DNA of 33,642 nt from Thermoanaerobaculia bacterium. Lineage in GTDB: Bacteria > Acidobacteriota > Thermoanaerobaculia > Multivoradales > DATKCC01. Below, one piece after another: positions 1 through 7,607 of this stretch. Location: contig JBKHJP010000003.1 in the NCBI GenBank assembly GCA_046538065.1, positions 1 to 33,642 on the forward strand. The letters run 5' to 3'. The position numbers and the translations under genes are program-made. Within the stretch, counting starts at the first letter, position 1. The number at the start of each line of letters is the position of its first letter. The notes under the pieces were generated by a model. The model was not told where the DNA came from, made no database searches, and saw nothing but the letters and a program-made list of their open reading frames with translations.

Positions 1-130
1 GGTCGGTGTGGCACAGGCCGCACGCCTCCACGGCCACCACCGCCTCCCCCGGTCCCGGCTCCGGAACGGTCAGGTCCCCCCGGACCAGGGGGCGGGAGGG
101 TGTCTCCAGGAAGTAGCCCTCGGCGAGCAT
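1..130 (-). CDS. had: Zn-dependent alcohol dehydrogenase, probably 6-hydroxycyclohex-1-ene-1-carbonyl-CoA dehydrogenase (5' part only, runs off the window edge)
   Basis: Manual translation from ATG at 130-128 gives MLAEGYFLETPSRPLVRGDLTVPEPGPGEAVVAVEACGLCHTD, which carries the MDR-family CGxCHTD Zn motif. A GGAGG RBS lies upstream. It is co-oriented with dch. Not in the ORF track. Confidence 0.75.
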   Translation of the reverse strand, partial: MLAEGYFLETPSRPLVRGDLTVPEPGPGEAVVAVEACGLCHTD

Positions 131-228
131 CGTGCGGGCCTCCGCATCGTGGAACGGATCGAATCGCTGTCCACGACGCTAGATGAACGATCGTTCGTTC
201 GCACCACCCCGCGGGGTAGTTTCGGGAC

Positions 229-444
229 CTACCCAACGGGGCAGGGGCACCCTCCGAACCGGGTCAGGTCCACCGCCCAGGAGCCTTTGAGCTTCCCTTT
301 GAGCTTGTGGGTTTTAAGCTGAGGATGAAAGGGGTCCAGCTCGAGGAGCTCGAGTGTCGTACGCAGTGCCGGGGCTGCGGGTGGGTTCTTCTTGACGAGA
401 CGCCGGGCGGATCGGACGAAGGACGAGGAACGTAGGAGCTTCAA
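229..444 (-). pseudogene. RelE/YafQ-family mRNA interferase toxin, C-terminally truncated
   Basis: LRSSSFVRSARRL...DPFHPQLKTHKLKGKLKGSWA is typical of RelE/YafQ N-terminal halves. After SWA the sequence becomes unrelated (VDLTRFGGCPCPVG*) and the usual DxRI...GTHDEVY-type C-terminus is missing. Confidence 0.75.
244..272 (-). mobile_element. Possible solitary IS3-family terminal inverted repeat
   Basis: TGGACCTGACCCGGTTCGGAGGGTGCCCC begins with TG and resembles IS3-family ends. It starts exactly where toxin homology stops. No transposase follows it. Confidence 0.4.
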
Positions 445-456
445 GAGGGGATCTTG

Positions 457-672
457 TCAAGAGAGGATCTCGTCCATCAGTTCGCCCGGAGTCGCCGGCC
501 GAGTGTCGCCCCGATCGTGCTCGAGGCGAGCTGCGCGCAGCTCGTCGCCGATCTGGATCCGCCGCCGCTCGGAGAGGCGCTTCTCCAGGATGCCGAGGAG
601 GGTCTCCTGTTCGTCGTCGCTCAGGCCCTCGGCGGCTTCGAGGACTTCACCGAATCGCAACGCTTCGGCCAT
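457..672 (-). CDS. Antitoxin-like small protein (71 aa), partner of the adjacent RelE/YafQ toxin
   Basis: MAEALRFGEVLEAAEGLSDDEQETLLGILEKRLSERRR...ATPGELMDEILS, acidic, with a strong GGAGGTGA RBS at 678-685, directly upstream of the toxin. Confidence 0.75.
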   Translation of the reverse strand: MAEALRFGEVLEAAEGLSDDEQETLLGILEKRLSERRRIQIGDELRAARLEHDRGDTRPATPGELMDEILS

Positions 673-836
673 CTCGTTCACCTCCCGAAGAAAGTCTACC
701 AGCCGAGATTCCGGACCTTTACGGAGCCATACGGGGGCATCCAAGAGCCTGCGATGAGTGGCCGACCTGGATCCGGGAGACGCACTCTCCGGCTCCTGAA
801 CGCCTTGCTCTGGGTGGTGCTGGCGGCCGGGGCTGG

Positions 837-1637
837 TCAGGCGTCTTGCCAGGCGGGCTTCCGGCGCTCCAGGAAGGCTTCGATGCCTTCGTTGCCGTCG
901 TGGCTTTCGAGGACCTCGCGGACGTACTGGTCCTCGGTGGCCTGGAGGGTGCGGTCGAGCTCGTCGAGGAAACCGGTGGCCTGGCGCAGGGCCTTCGTCC
1001 CCTGGCGGAGGGCGAAGGCGGAGAGGGGGCGGAGGGTCTCCCGGTACCAGGCGAGGAGCGCCTCCCGGGGGTCGCCGTCCTCGAAGACGCCGGTGATGAA
1101 GCCGGAGCGCCAGGCCTGGGAGGCGTCGAGGGATTCGCCGGTCAGGAGCATGCGCTCGGCGGTGGGGGCGCCGAAGCGCCGTGCACCGATGGCGGCGAGG
1201 ACCGGCGGGAAGACGCCGAGCTTGATCTCCGGGCAGCCGAACCGGGCGGTCGGGGTGGCGAAGAGGAAGTGGCAGACGAGGACGACCTCGAAGCCGCCGC
1301 CCAGGCACTGGCCCTCCGCGAGGGCCGCCACCGGCACCGGATAGCCGGCGAGCTCGCGGATCAGCCGGTGGAAGGTGGCGAGCATGGCCGGCGCCTGGTC
1401 CTTGCGGTGCTCCTCGACCGAAGCGCCGAAGGAGAAGTGCTCCCCGGCGCCCCGGAGCACCACCAGCCGGAGGTCACGGCGGTCGCGGTGTTCGGCCAGG
1501 GCACGGGAGAGCTCGTCCATCATCCGGCCGGTGAGGACGTTGCCCTTGGGCCGGTCCAGGACCAGCTCCAGGACCGTGCCCTCCTCGGCCAGGCCGGCCC
1601 GGATGGTTTCGTAGGTGGTGGCGGCGGTTTCGGTCAT
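837..1637 (-). CDS. dch: Cyclohexa-1,5-dienecarbonyl-CoA hydratase (crotonase family)
   Basis: Enoyl-CoA hydratase motifs GQCLGGGFE and FGCPEIKLG, plus HFSFGASVEEH as in Thauera-type Dch. GAGGAGG RBS. A had-like gene lies downstream. Confidence 0.8.
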   Translation of the reverse strand: MTETAATTYETIRAGLAEEGTVLELVLDRPKGNVLTGRMMDELSRALAEHRDRRDLRLVVLRGAGEHFSFGASVEEHRKDQAPAMLATFHRLIRELAGYPVPVAALAEGQCLGGGFEVVLVCHFLFATPTARFGCPEIKLGVFPPVLAAIGARRFGAPTAERMLLTGESLDASQAWRSGFITGVFEDGDPREALLAWYRETLRPLSAFALRQGTKALRQATGFLDELDRTLQATEDQYVREVLESHDGNEGIEAFLERRKPAWQDA

Positions 1638-1677
1638 GTGTGACCTCCTCGGGGCGGAGTTTACCCGGGGCTGAAGG

Positions 1678-1770
1678 CCCCCACCCCGGCCGAGTCAGAG
1701 CTCGGCCGCTTCATGCGTCCGTGCCTCGTCCGGATGAAGCGGCCGACCTCTGCGTCGGCCGGGGTGGGGG
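1678..1770. repeat. Long imperfect inverted repeat (stem of about 35 bp)
   Basis: CCCCCACCCCGGCCGA..CAGAG.TCGGCCGCTTCAT pairs with ATGAAGCGGCCGA.CTCTG..TCGGCCGGGGTGGGGG. Confidence 0.8.
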
Positions 1771-1932
1771 TGCGGGGTCGTAGCGAAGGGCCTCCCTCCC
1801 GTCCCCCGGTCCGATCGAGGCCGCCGGAGCGGGAGGCCCGCCCTCGTCGGGACGCTCTCGGCCTCCCGTCCGGCGATCGCTGCGCGCGTCGCCTGCCGCC
1901 TGGAAGGCGTGCTGCACCCCTTCGATTTCCTA

Positions 1933-1969
1933 GTCGTTCCGAGCGGAGCGAAGCGGAGTCGAGGAACCT
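1933..1969 (+). repeat. REP-like palindromic unit
   Basis: GTCGTTCCGAGCGGAGCGAAGCGGAGTCGAGGAACCT resembles the GTCATTCCGAGCG-AGCGA-GGAATCT intergenic repeat family. GTTCC/GGAAC form the stem. Confidence 0.5.
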
Positions 1970-2013
1970 CACCCGCGCAATTCCGGCCCGGACGCTCCTT
2001 GTTGTGGTTTGCG

Positions 2014-2814
2014 ATGACCTGGAGATCCCGGGATCCCTTCGTTCCTCCGGCTGGCGCGGCCTTGCTGCCCTGTCTGGCCGCCGCTGCGTTCCTCCTGCTC
2101 GGCTGCCGCGCCGACGCCGCCGCCGGGCCCCGAGGCGACGACCCCTACGCTGAGGAACGTGCCCGGATGGTGGAGGCGATCCGGAGCGACGTCGCGGAGA
2201 CCGCCCGGGAGGTGGGCAAGAAGCGCCTGGACCCGGAGGTGCTGGACGCCCTCCGGGCGGTGCCGCGCCACGAGTTCGTGCCGGAGCGCCTCCGGGACGC
2301 CGCGTACCGCAACCGCCCCCTCCCCATCGGCCACGGCCAGACCATCTCCCAGCCCTACATGGTGGCCATCATGACCGACCTCCTGGAGGTGGACGGCGAC
2401 GACCGGGTCTTCGAGCTCGGCACCGGCTCCGGCTACCAGGCGGCGGTCCTGGCGGAGCTGGTGGAGCACGTCTACACGGTGGAGATCGTCCCGGAGCTCG
2501 CCCGGGAGGCAGACGCCCGGCTGGAGCGCCTGGGCTACGACGACGTCACCGCCCGGCAGGCCGACGGCTATTTCGGCTGGGAGGAGCACGCCCCCTTCGA
2601 CGCCATCGTGGTGACCGCGGCGGCGAGCCACGTGCCGCCGCCCCTGATCGAGCAGCTCGCCCCCGGCGGGCGGATGGTGATCCCCGTGGGAAGCCCCTTC
2701 GCCACGCAACAGCTCATGCTCGTGGAGAAGACCGCGGACGGCGAGATCCACTCCCGCCAGCTCCTGCCGGTGGCCTTCGTCCCCCTGACGCGGGAGGAGG
2801 GGGACGCCCGGTGA
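2014..2814 (+). CDS. pcm: Protein-L-isoaspartate(D-aspartate) O-methyltransferase with N-terminal signal/lipobox-like extension
   Basis: Motifs VPRHEFVP, LPIGHGQTISQPY, ELGTGSGYQAA and APFDAIVVTAA. N-terminus reads ...AAAAFLLLGC. Start placed at ATG 2014; the track ORF starts at GTG 1909. Confidence 0.92.
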   Translation: MTWRSRDPFVPPAGAALLPCLAAAAFLLLGCRADAAAGPRGDDPYAEERARMVEAIRSDVAETAREVGKKRLDPEVLDALRAVPRHEFVPERLRDAAYRNRPLPIGHGQTISQPYMVAIMTDLLEVDGDDRVFELGTGSGYQAAVLAELVEHVYTVEIVPELAREADARLERLGYDDVTARQADGYFGWEEHAPFDAIVVTAAASHVPPPLIEQLAPGGRMVIPVGSPFATQQLMLVEKTADGEIHSRQLLPVAFVPLTREEGDAR

Positions 2815-2854
2815 GGGTGCGGGCTGACGTTTCGCCGGGAGCGGGAGCGAGCCG

Positions 2855-5569
2855 GTGCCGGCGTCCCCGAACCGGCCGGTGAGCGCCCGCGGCCTCCAGC
2901 GTGTTCCCCGGGCACCGGCCGACGCCGCGTCCCCCTCCCTACCCCTCCTGGCCTCCGTGGCCCTCCTCTCCGGCGCCGCCCTGGGGCTCGAGATCCTCTG
3001 GATGCGGCTGCTGTCGATCGCCTGGTGGCACCACTTCGCCTACATGGTGATCAGCCTGGCGCTCCTGGGCTACGGCGCGAGCGGCACCCTCTTGACACTG
3101 CTCCGGCGGCGTCTCCTTCCGCGGTTCCGGGCGTCGTACGCGGTGGCCGCCACCGGATTCGGCCTGGGGGCTCCCGCCTCCTTCGCCCTGGCCCAGCGGG
3201 TGCCCTACAGCCCGTTGGAGGTGGCCTGGAACCCGGGGGAGCTCCTGGGGCTCGCTGCGGTCTACCTGGTGCTGGCGGTGCCGTTCCTGTGCGCCGGGAC
3301 GGCGGTGGGCCTCGCCCTCACGCGCTTCGCCGCCGCCCCCGGGGGCGCCGCCGGCCGCGTCTACGGGGCGGACCTGGTGGGGGCCGGGGCCGGGGCCGCG
3401 GCGGTGATCGGCCTCCTCTTCGTCCTCCCTCCGGAGGAGGCCCTCCTGGCGCTCGGAGCAGCCGGGCTCGGCGCGGCGGCCCTGGCGGTGCTGGAGCCGC
3501 CGGCGGTGGCGAGGCGCCACGGTGCCGCGGCGGTCCTCCTGGGCGTCGCGGCGGTGGGCCTGGTGGTCGTGGGCCCACGGACGCCCCTCGCCTCGTGGGT
3601 GGAGCCGGAGGTCTCGCAGTACAAGGGCCTGGCCGGCGCCCTCCGGGTCCCCGGCGTGCGGGTGGTGGAGGAGCGCTCGAGCCCGCTGGGCCTCGTGACG
3701 GTGGTGGCGAGCGAGGACGTCCCCCTCCGCCACGCTCCGGGCCTCTCCCTGGCGAGCTCGGAGTCGCCGCCGGAGCAGCACGGGATCTTCATCGACGCCG
3801 ACGCCCTGACGGCGGTGGACCGGTTGGGGGAACCGGAGGCGGAGGGAGGCCCGCCTCCGGGCGAGGGCTCGTCCGCCCCGTGCCCTCCGGGCCCGGACGG
3901 AGAGCGACGCTCCTCCTTGGCCCCGGTGGCGTACCGGGACTGGATGTCCACGGCTCTCCCGTACCACCTCCTGGAGCGCCCGGAGGTGCTGGTCCTGGGC
4001 GCCGGTGGGGGAGGGGAGGTGGCCTCGGCCCTCTACCACTGCGCCTCCCGGGTCGACGCCGTGGAGCTCGACCCGAACGTGGCCGATCTCGTCCGGGAGC
4101 GGTTCGACGACTTCGCCGGTCACCTCTACCGGCGCCCGGAGGTCCGCCTCCACACGGCGGAGGCCCGGGGCTTCGCCGCCGCCTCCGAACGCCGCTGGGA
4201 CCTGGTCCAGGTGGCGCTCCTCGACTCCTTCACCGCCTCCGCCGCCGGCACCCACGCCCTGGCGGAGAGCCACCTCTACACCGTGGAGGCGGTGGGGGAG
4301 CTCCTGGACCGGCTCGCCCCGGGAGGGATGCTCGCCTTCACCCGCTGGCTGGAGGTCCCGCCGCGGGGGGCGGTCAAGCTCTTCGCCACGGCTGTGCGGG
4401 CCCTGGAGGAGCGCGGCGTCGAGGCCCCGGAGGAACGGCTGCTCCTCGTCCGGAGCTGGAAGACGGCGACCCTGGTGGTCAAGGAGAGGCCGTTCACGGC
4501 GGAGGAGCTGGCCGCGGCGCGCCGCTTCGCCCGGGAGCGCTGGTTCGACCTGGCGTGGGCGCCGGGGATGGAGCGGGAGGAGGCGAACCGGTTCAACGTC
4601 CAGGAGGAACCGTACCTCCACGACGCGGCCCGGGCGATCCTGGCCGGGGGCGATGCCCGGCGGCGCTTCTTCGAGCGGTACAAGTTCCACGTCGAGCCGG
4701 CCACCGACGACCGGCCCTACTTCTTCCGCTTCTTCGAGTGGGGGCTCCTGCCGGAGCTCCTGGCCCTGAGGGGCCGGGGGGGGACGCACCTGCTGGAGTG
4801 GGGCTATCCCGTGCTGGTGGCGACCCTGGTCCAGGCGGCGGGCTTCGGGCTGCTCCTGATCGTCGCCCCGCTGGCGGTGGTGCGGCGGCCCGGGGGAAGA
4901 GGCGGTGGCGAGGGCGGTGGCGGGCGCAGGCGCACCGCTCCGGAGCTCGAAGCTTCGAAGCAGGCCGGGGTTCCGCCGGGAGCGAGCTCTCGGCCGGCGG
5001 GGGGCCTGGGGCGGGTCGCGGTCTACTTCGGCTGCCTGGGGCTCGCGTTCCTCTTCGTGGAGATCGCCTTCATCCAGCGCTTCACCCTGTTCCTGGCCCA
5101 CCCGCTCTACGCCGTGGCGGTGGTCCTGGCCGGGTTCCTGGTCTTCGCCGGCGCCGGGAGCGCCGCCTCCGGCTGGCTGGGGGAGAGGTTTCCGGCGGGC
5201 GGTCGACGCCCCTCCGCGGTGGGGCTGGCCGCGGGGAGCGTGGCGCTCCTGGCCGTCGCCTACACGGTGGTCCTGCCGCCCCTCTTCGACCGGACCGCGG
5301 GTCTGCCCCAGCCGGCGAAGGTAGCGCTGGCGCTCGCCTTCCTGGCACCCCTCGCCTTCGCCATGGGCATGCCCTTCCCCCTGGGCCTCGCCCGCACCGG
5401 CCGCCGGGAGCCCGCCTGGGTGCCCTGGGCCTGGGCGGTCAACGGCTGCGCCTCCGTCGTCAGCGCCGTCGCCGCGACGCTCCTGGCCATCCATTTCGGC
5501 TTCACCGCCGTCGTGGCCACGGCGGCGGCGCTCTACCTGGTGGCGGCCTGGGCGCTCCGGGGAGTGTGA
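2855..5569 (+). CDS. Membrane protein with central spermidine-synthase-like SAM-dependent methyltransferase domain
   Basis: Multiple N- and C-terminal TM helices (FAYMVISLALLGYGASG; WAWAVNGCASV). Central VLVLGAGGG, VDAVELDP and ATDDRPYF motifs. Confidence 0.85.
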   Translation: MPASPNRPVSARGLQRVPRAPADAASPSLPLLASVALLSGAALGLEILWMRLLSIAWWHHFAYMVISLALLGYGASGTLLTLLRRRLLPRFRASYAVAATGFGLGAPASFALAQRVPYSPLEVAWNPGELLGLAAVYLVLAVPFLCAGTAVGLALTRFAAAPGGAAGRVYGADLVGAGAGAAAVIGLLFVLPPEEALLALGAAGLGAAALAVLEPPAVARRHGAAAVLLGVAAVGLVVVGPRTPLASWVEPEVSQYKGLAGALRVPGVRVVEERSSPLGLVTVVASEDVPLRHAPGLSLASSESPPEQHGIFIDADALTAVDRLGEPEAEGGPPPGEGSSAPCPPGPDGERRSSLAPVAYRDWMSTALPYHLLERPEVLVLGAGGGGEVASALYHCASRVDAVELDPNVADLVRERFDDFAGHLYRRPEVRLHTAEARGFAAASERRWDLVQVALLDSFTASAAGTHALAESHLYTVEAVGELLDRLAPGGMLAFTRWLEVPPRGAVKLFATAVRALEERGVEAPEERLLLVRSWKTATLVVKERPFTAEELAAARRFARERWFDLAWAPGMEREEANRFNVQEEPYLHDAARAILAGGDARRRFFERYKFHVEPATDDRPYFFRFFEWGLLPELLALRGRGGTHLLEWGYPVLVATLVQAAGFGLLLIVAPLAVVRRPGGRGGGEGGGGRRRTAPELEASKQAGVPPGASSRPAGGLGRVAVYFGCLGLAFLFVEIAFIQRFTLFLAHPLYAVAVVLAGFLVFAGAGSAASGWLGERFPAGGRRPSAVGLAAGSVALLAVAYTVVLPPLFDRTAGLPQPAKVALALAFLAPLAFAMGMPFPLGLARTGRREPAWVPWAWAVNGCASVVSAVAATLLAIHFGFTAVVATAAALYLVAAWALRGV

Positions 5570-5664
5570 GGCCCGAGCTGGGGCCAGGCCCTCGCCCGGT
5601 GGCGTGGGACGGGGCCTCCGGCTCGGGCCGTGGCCCCGTGGCGGGGAAGCACCGACTCCGGGGC

Positions 5665-6969
5665 TCAGGCCGTGGCCTGGTGGAGGAGCTGCAGGGCGGT
5701 CCGGGTCTCGCGCGGGATGTTCCGGGTGGCGAAGACCGGCAGGGCCTCCCGGGCCAGGCGCGCGGCCTCGGACCGGCGGCCCTCCTCCAGGCGGAGGCGA
5801 GCGAGGTCCAGCGAGACCAGGGCGGCTTCGACAGGGATGCCAAGCTGGGTGAATTCGTCTCGCGCGGCCTCGAAGCGGGACCTGGCAGGAGGGCTCTGGC
5901 CGATCGATCGATAGATCCTTCCCTCACTCCAAAGGCTGCGCAGGCAATCTATAGCCCCGGCGATTTCCTTGCCGAGGCGTCGTGCTTTAGACGCGAATCT
6001 CAGAGCGTCCTCTGATCTTCCGCGGTCGCTTAGATATACAGCCAGATTGTTCACCGCCAGAAACTTAAGTCGTGGCTCCTGTGCGATATTGAAGAGCTTT
6101 TCCGCCGTCCGGAGGCCTTGAAGGGCTTCGGCGACAGCCTTCAGCTCCCGGAGAACTGTTGATCTGCGGAGGAGTGCCCGCCCCTCTCCATGAGCATCGC
6201 CGGCTTCACGAGAGAGCTGAATCTCCCGGTCTGAGGCGCGCAACGCCTCCCAGAGGCGGCCCCGGTCTCGAAGGAAAGATGCGGTCAACGACGCCAGCTC
6301 AGCCTCTTCCAAGGGATCACCACTTCCCGCGAGTCGATGCCCTTCTGCGACCTGTAAGGCTTGTGCCGTACCCTCGAAATCCGTGGAGATGCGACGACAG
6401 TTGGCCACCGATCGCCAGCCTTGGGAGCGGAGATCGTTGAGCAGCGCAGCCGACTGACCTGGGACTTCGAGCCTCTCGATCAGTACGAGTGCGAGCGTGG
6501 AAATTTCTTCGCCGACGACGGGATCATTGCACCACAGCCTTCGGGCTTCAGCCAGTAGCGACTCCACCAAGCCCAAGGTCCAGAACCGAGGCGAATTCTC
6601 GATGAGCATTTTCCGATGGGCAGGCGGCTGCGCGATCAGCTCCGCGAGAAGCTCGGGGGCCGAGGCGCGCGAGCCTGACGGCTGCTTCCTCGGGCGGTCG
6701 GCGATCCGATCGAATACCCTCTTCGTTACGTCTCCGTAGGCGCTTTCTGGAACCGTGGGCTCGAGCCGGCCGAAGAGCTCTTGGTGCCTTTCCTCCGCCC
6801 AGGAGCCGAGGCCCCGGAGTCGCGCACGACACTCTTGGCACTGGAAGACGTGCCACGCTACCCGGAAGAGAGTCGCGCCTTCGAGCTTGCGCTCGGCGTA
6901 GCGACAGAGCTCTGAGCAGTTCGGGTGAGTTTCGGTTCGATCCTTGGGCACGGCGATAGTCGGCATCAC
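5665..6969 (-). CDS. ZAS (zinc anti-sigma-like)-TPR protein, paralog 1
   Basis: N-terminal H-x24-HVFQCQEC motif followed by about 8 TPR-like helical repeats, no TM segment. Homologous to 7608..8984 but lacks its last helix. Start is GTG 6969 or ATG 6966. Confidence 0.8.
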   Translation of the reverse strand: MMPTIAVPKDRTETHPNCSELCRYAERKLEGATLFRVAWHVFQCQECRARLRGLGSWAEERHQELFGRLEPTVPESAYGDVTKRVFDRIADRPRKQPSGSRASAPELLAELIAQPPAHRKMLIENSPRFWTLGLVESLLAEARRLWCNDPVVGEEISTLALVLIERLEVPGQSAALLNDLRSQGWRSVANCRRISTDFEGTAQALQVAEGHRLAGSGDPLEEAELASLTASFLRDRGRLWEALRASDREIQLSREAGDAHGEGRALLRRSTVLRELKAVAEALQGLRTAEKLFNIAQEPRLKFLAVNNLAVYLSDRGRSEDALRFASKARRLGKEIAGAIDCLRSLWSEGRIYRSIGQSPPARSRFEAARDEFTQLGIPVEAALVSLDLARLRLEEGRRSEAARLAREALPVFATRNIPRETRTALQLLHQATA

Positions 6970-7040
6970 GTCGGCTGAGGCAAGCGGGATGTTAACAGAG
7001 GAGTCGCCAAACCCGTGAAGCGAATATTACGAATAAAATC

Positions 7041-7051
7041 ATGTTCCGAAT
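7041..7051 (-). promoter_or_regulatory. Putative operator ATTCGGAACAT in the AT-rich promoter region of TPR paralog 1
   Basis: 10/11 match to ATTCGGTACAT (9122-9132) upstream of paralog 2. A TG-N-TAACAT extended -10 candidate lies at 6989-6997. Confidence 0.4.
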
Positions 7052-7066
7052 TATGTTGCGACAGGA

Positions 7067-7088
7067 GGCCGGCTTTCGCAAGCCGGCC
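7067..7088 (-). terminator. Hairpin after the DPNG peptide gene (GGCCGGCTT-GCGA-AAGCCGGCC)
   Basis: Perfect 9-bp stem with a GNRA loop, about 20 nt after the stop. The U tail is weak. Confidence 0.55.
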
Positions 7089-7107
7089 AGACCAGATCTG
7101 AAGCTAC

Positions 7108-7437
7108 CTACCCGTTGGGATCGAAATCAGCTCCCGACTCACCGCAGCTGCTGAGTTCGCAGCTTGTGGACGTCGGCCCGGCAAGAGCATCATCGGGAGA
7201 ATCGCCTTCCAGATGGGAGACGAAGATGCCGAAATCAGGAAGCTCATTCTTTCCATTCAGTGACGACAGAGCTACGACCCAGTCGACGAATGCATGATAT
7301 CCGTCCATCACCTGCCCAAGTAGCATCTGCGGTTCGTCACCGACGGAGTCCCCGTCCGCAAGGGCGGGGGCCGGTACGGACACGGAGCAGACGAGTGCGC
7401 CCAGCCAGACGAAGACGATCCAAGATTTCTTTCGCAT
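7108..7437 (-). CDS. Small secreted protein / peptide precursor (109 aa) ending ...CELSSCGESGADFDPNG
   Basis: GGAGG RBS at 7445-7449 and ATG at 7437. Sec signal peptide MRKKSWIVFVWLGALVCSVSVPAPALA, then an acidic low-complexity mature region and a C-terminal DPNG. Confidence 0.8.
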   Translation of the reverse strand: MRKKSWIVFVWLGALVCSVSVPAPALADGDSVGDEPQMLLGQVMDGYHAFVDWVVALSSLNGKNELPDFGIFVSHLEGDSPDDALAGPTSTSCELSSCGESGADFDPNG

Positions 7438-7607
7438 AGTGCTGCCTCCTTGCTCAAGCGCGCGGATTCCAGAGAGGAACCCCGCTCTGTTGAGGTGTTG
7501 GCGGACCGGCAACACGGACAGAAGCCGCTCCACCGTGATAGCGGAGAGCTGTGCTCCCCGCACGTTTCATTGGCTTCCGAAAGAGAGGAGACAGGGCGGG
7601 CGTCAGG

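Noticed and set aside
185-217. Short palindromes GAACGATCGTTC and ACCCCGCGGGGT upstream of had
   Set aside because: They could be operator sites, but they are too short and unreplicated to support a call.
2014-7437. PIMT plus small peptide as an aspartimide-type RiPP cluster
   Set aside because: No cyclase (ATP-grasp, lasso or Lan enzyme) is present, the PIMT lacks the C-terminal extension of RiPP-associated PIMTs, and the genes are on opposite strands.
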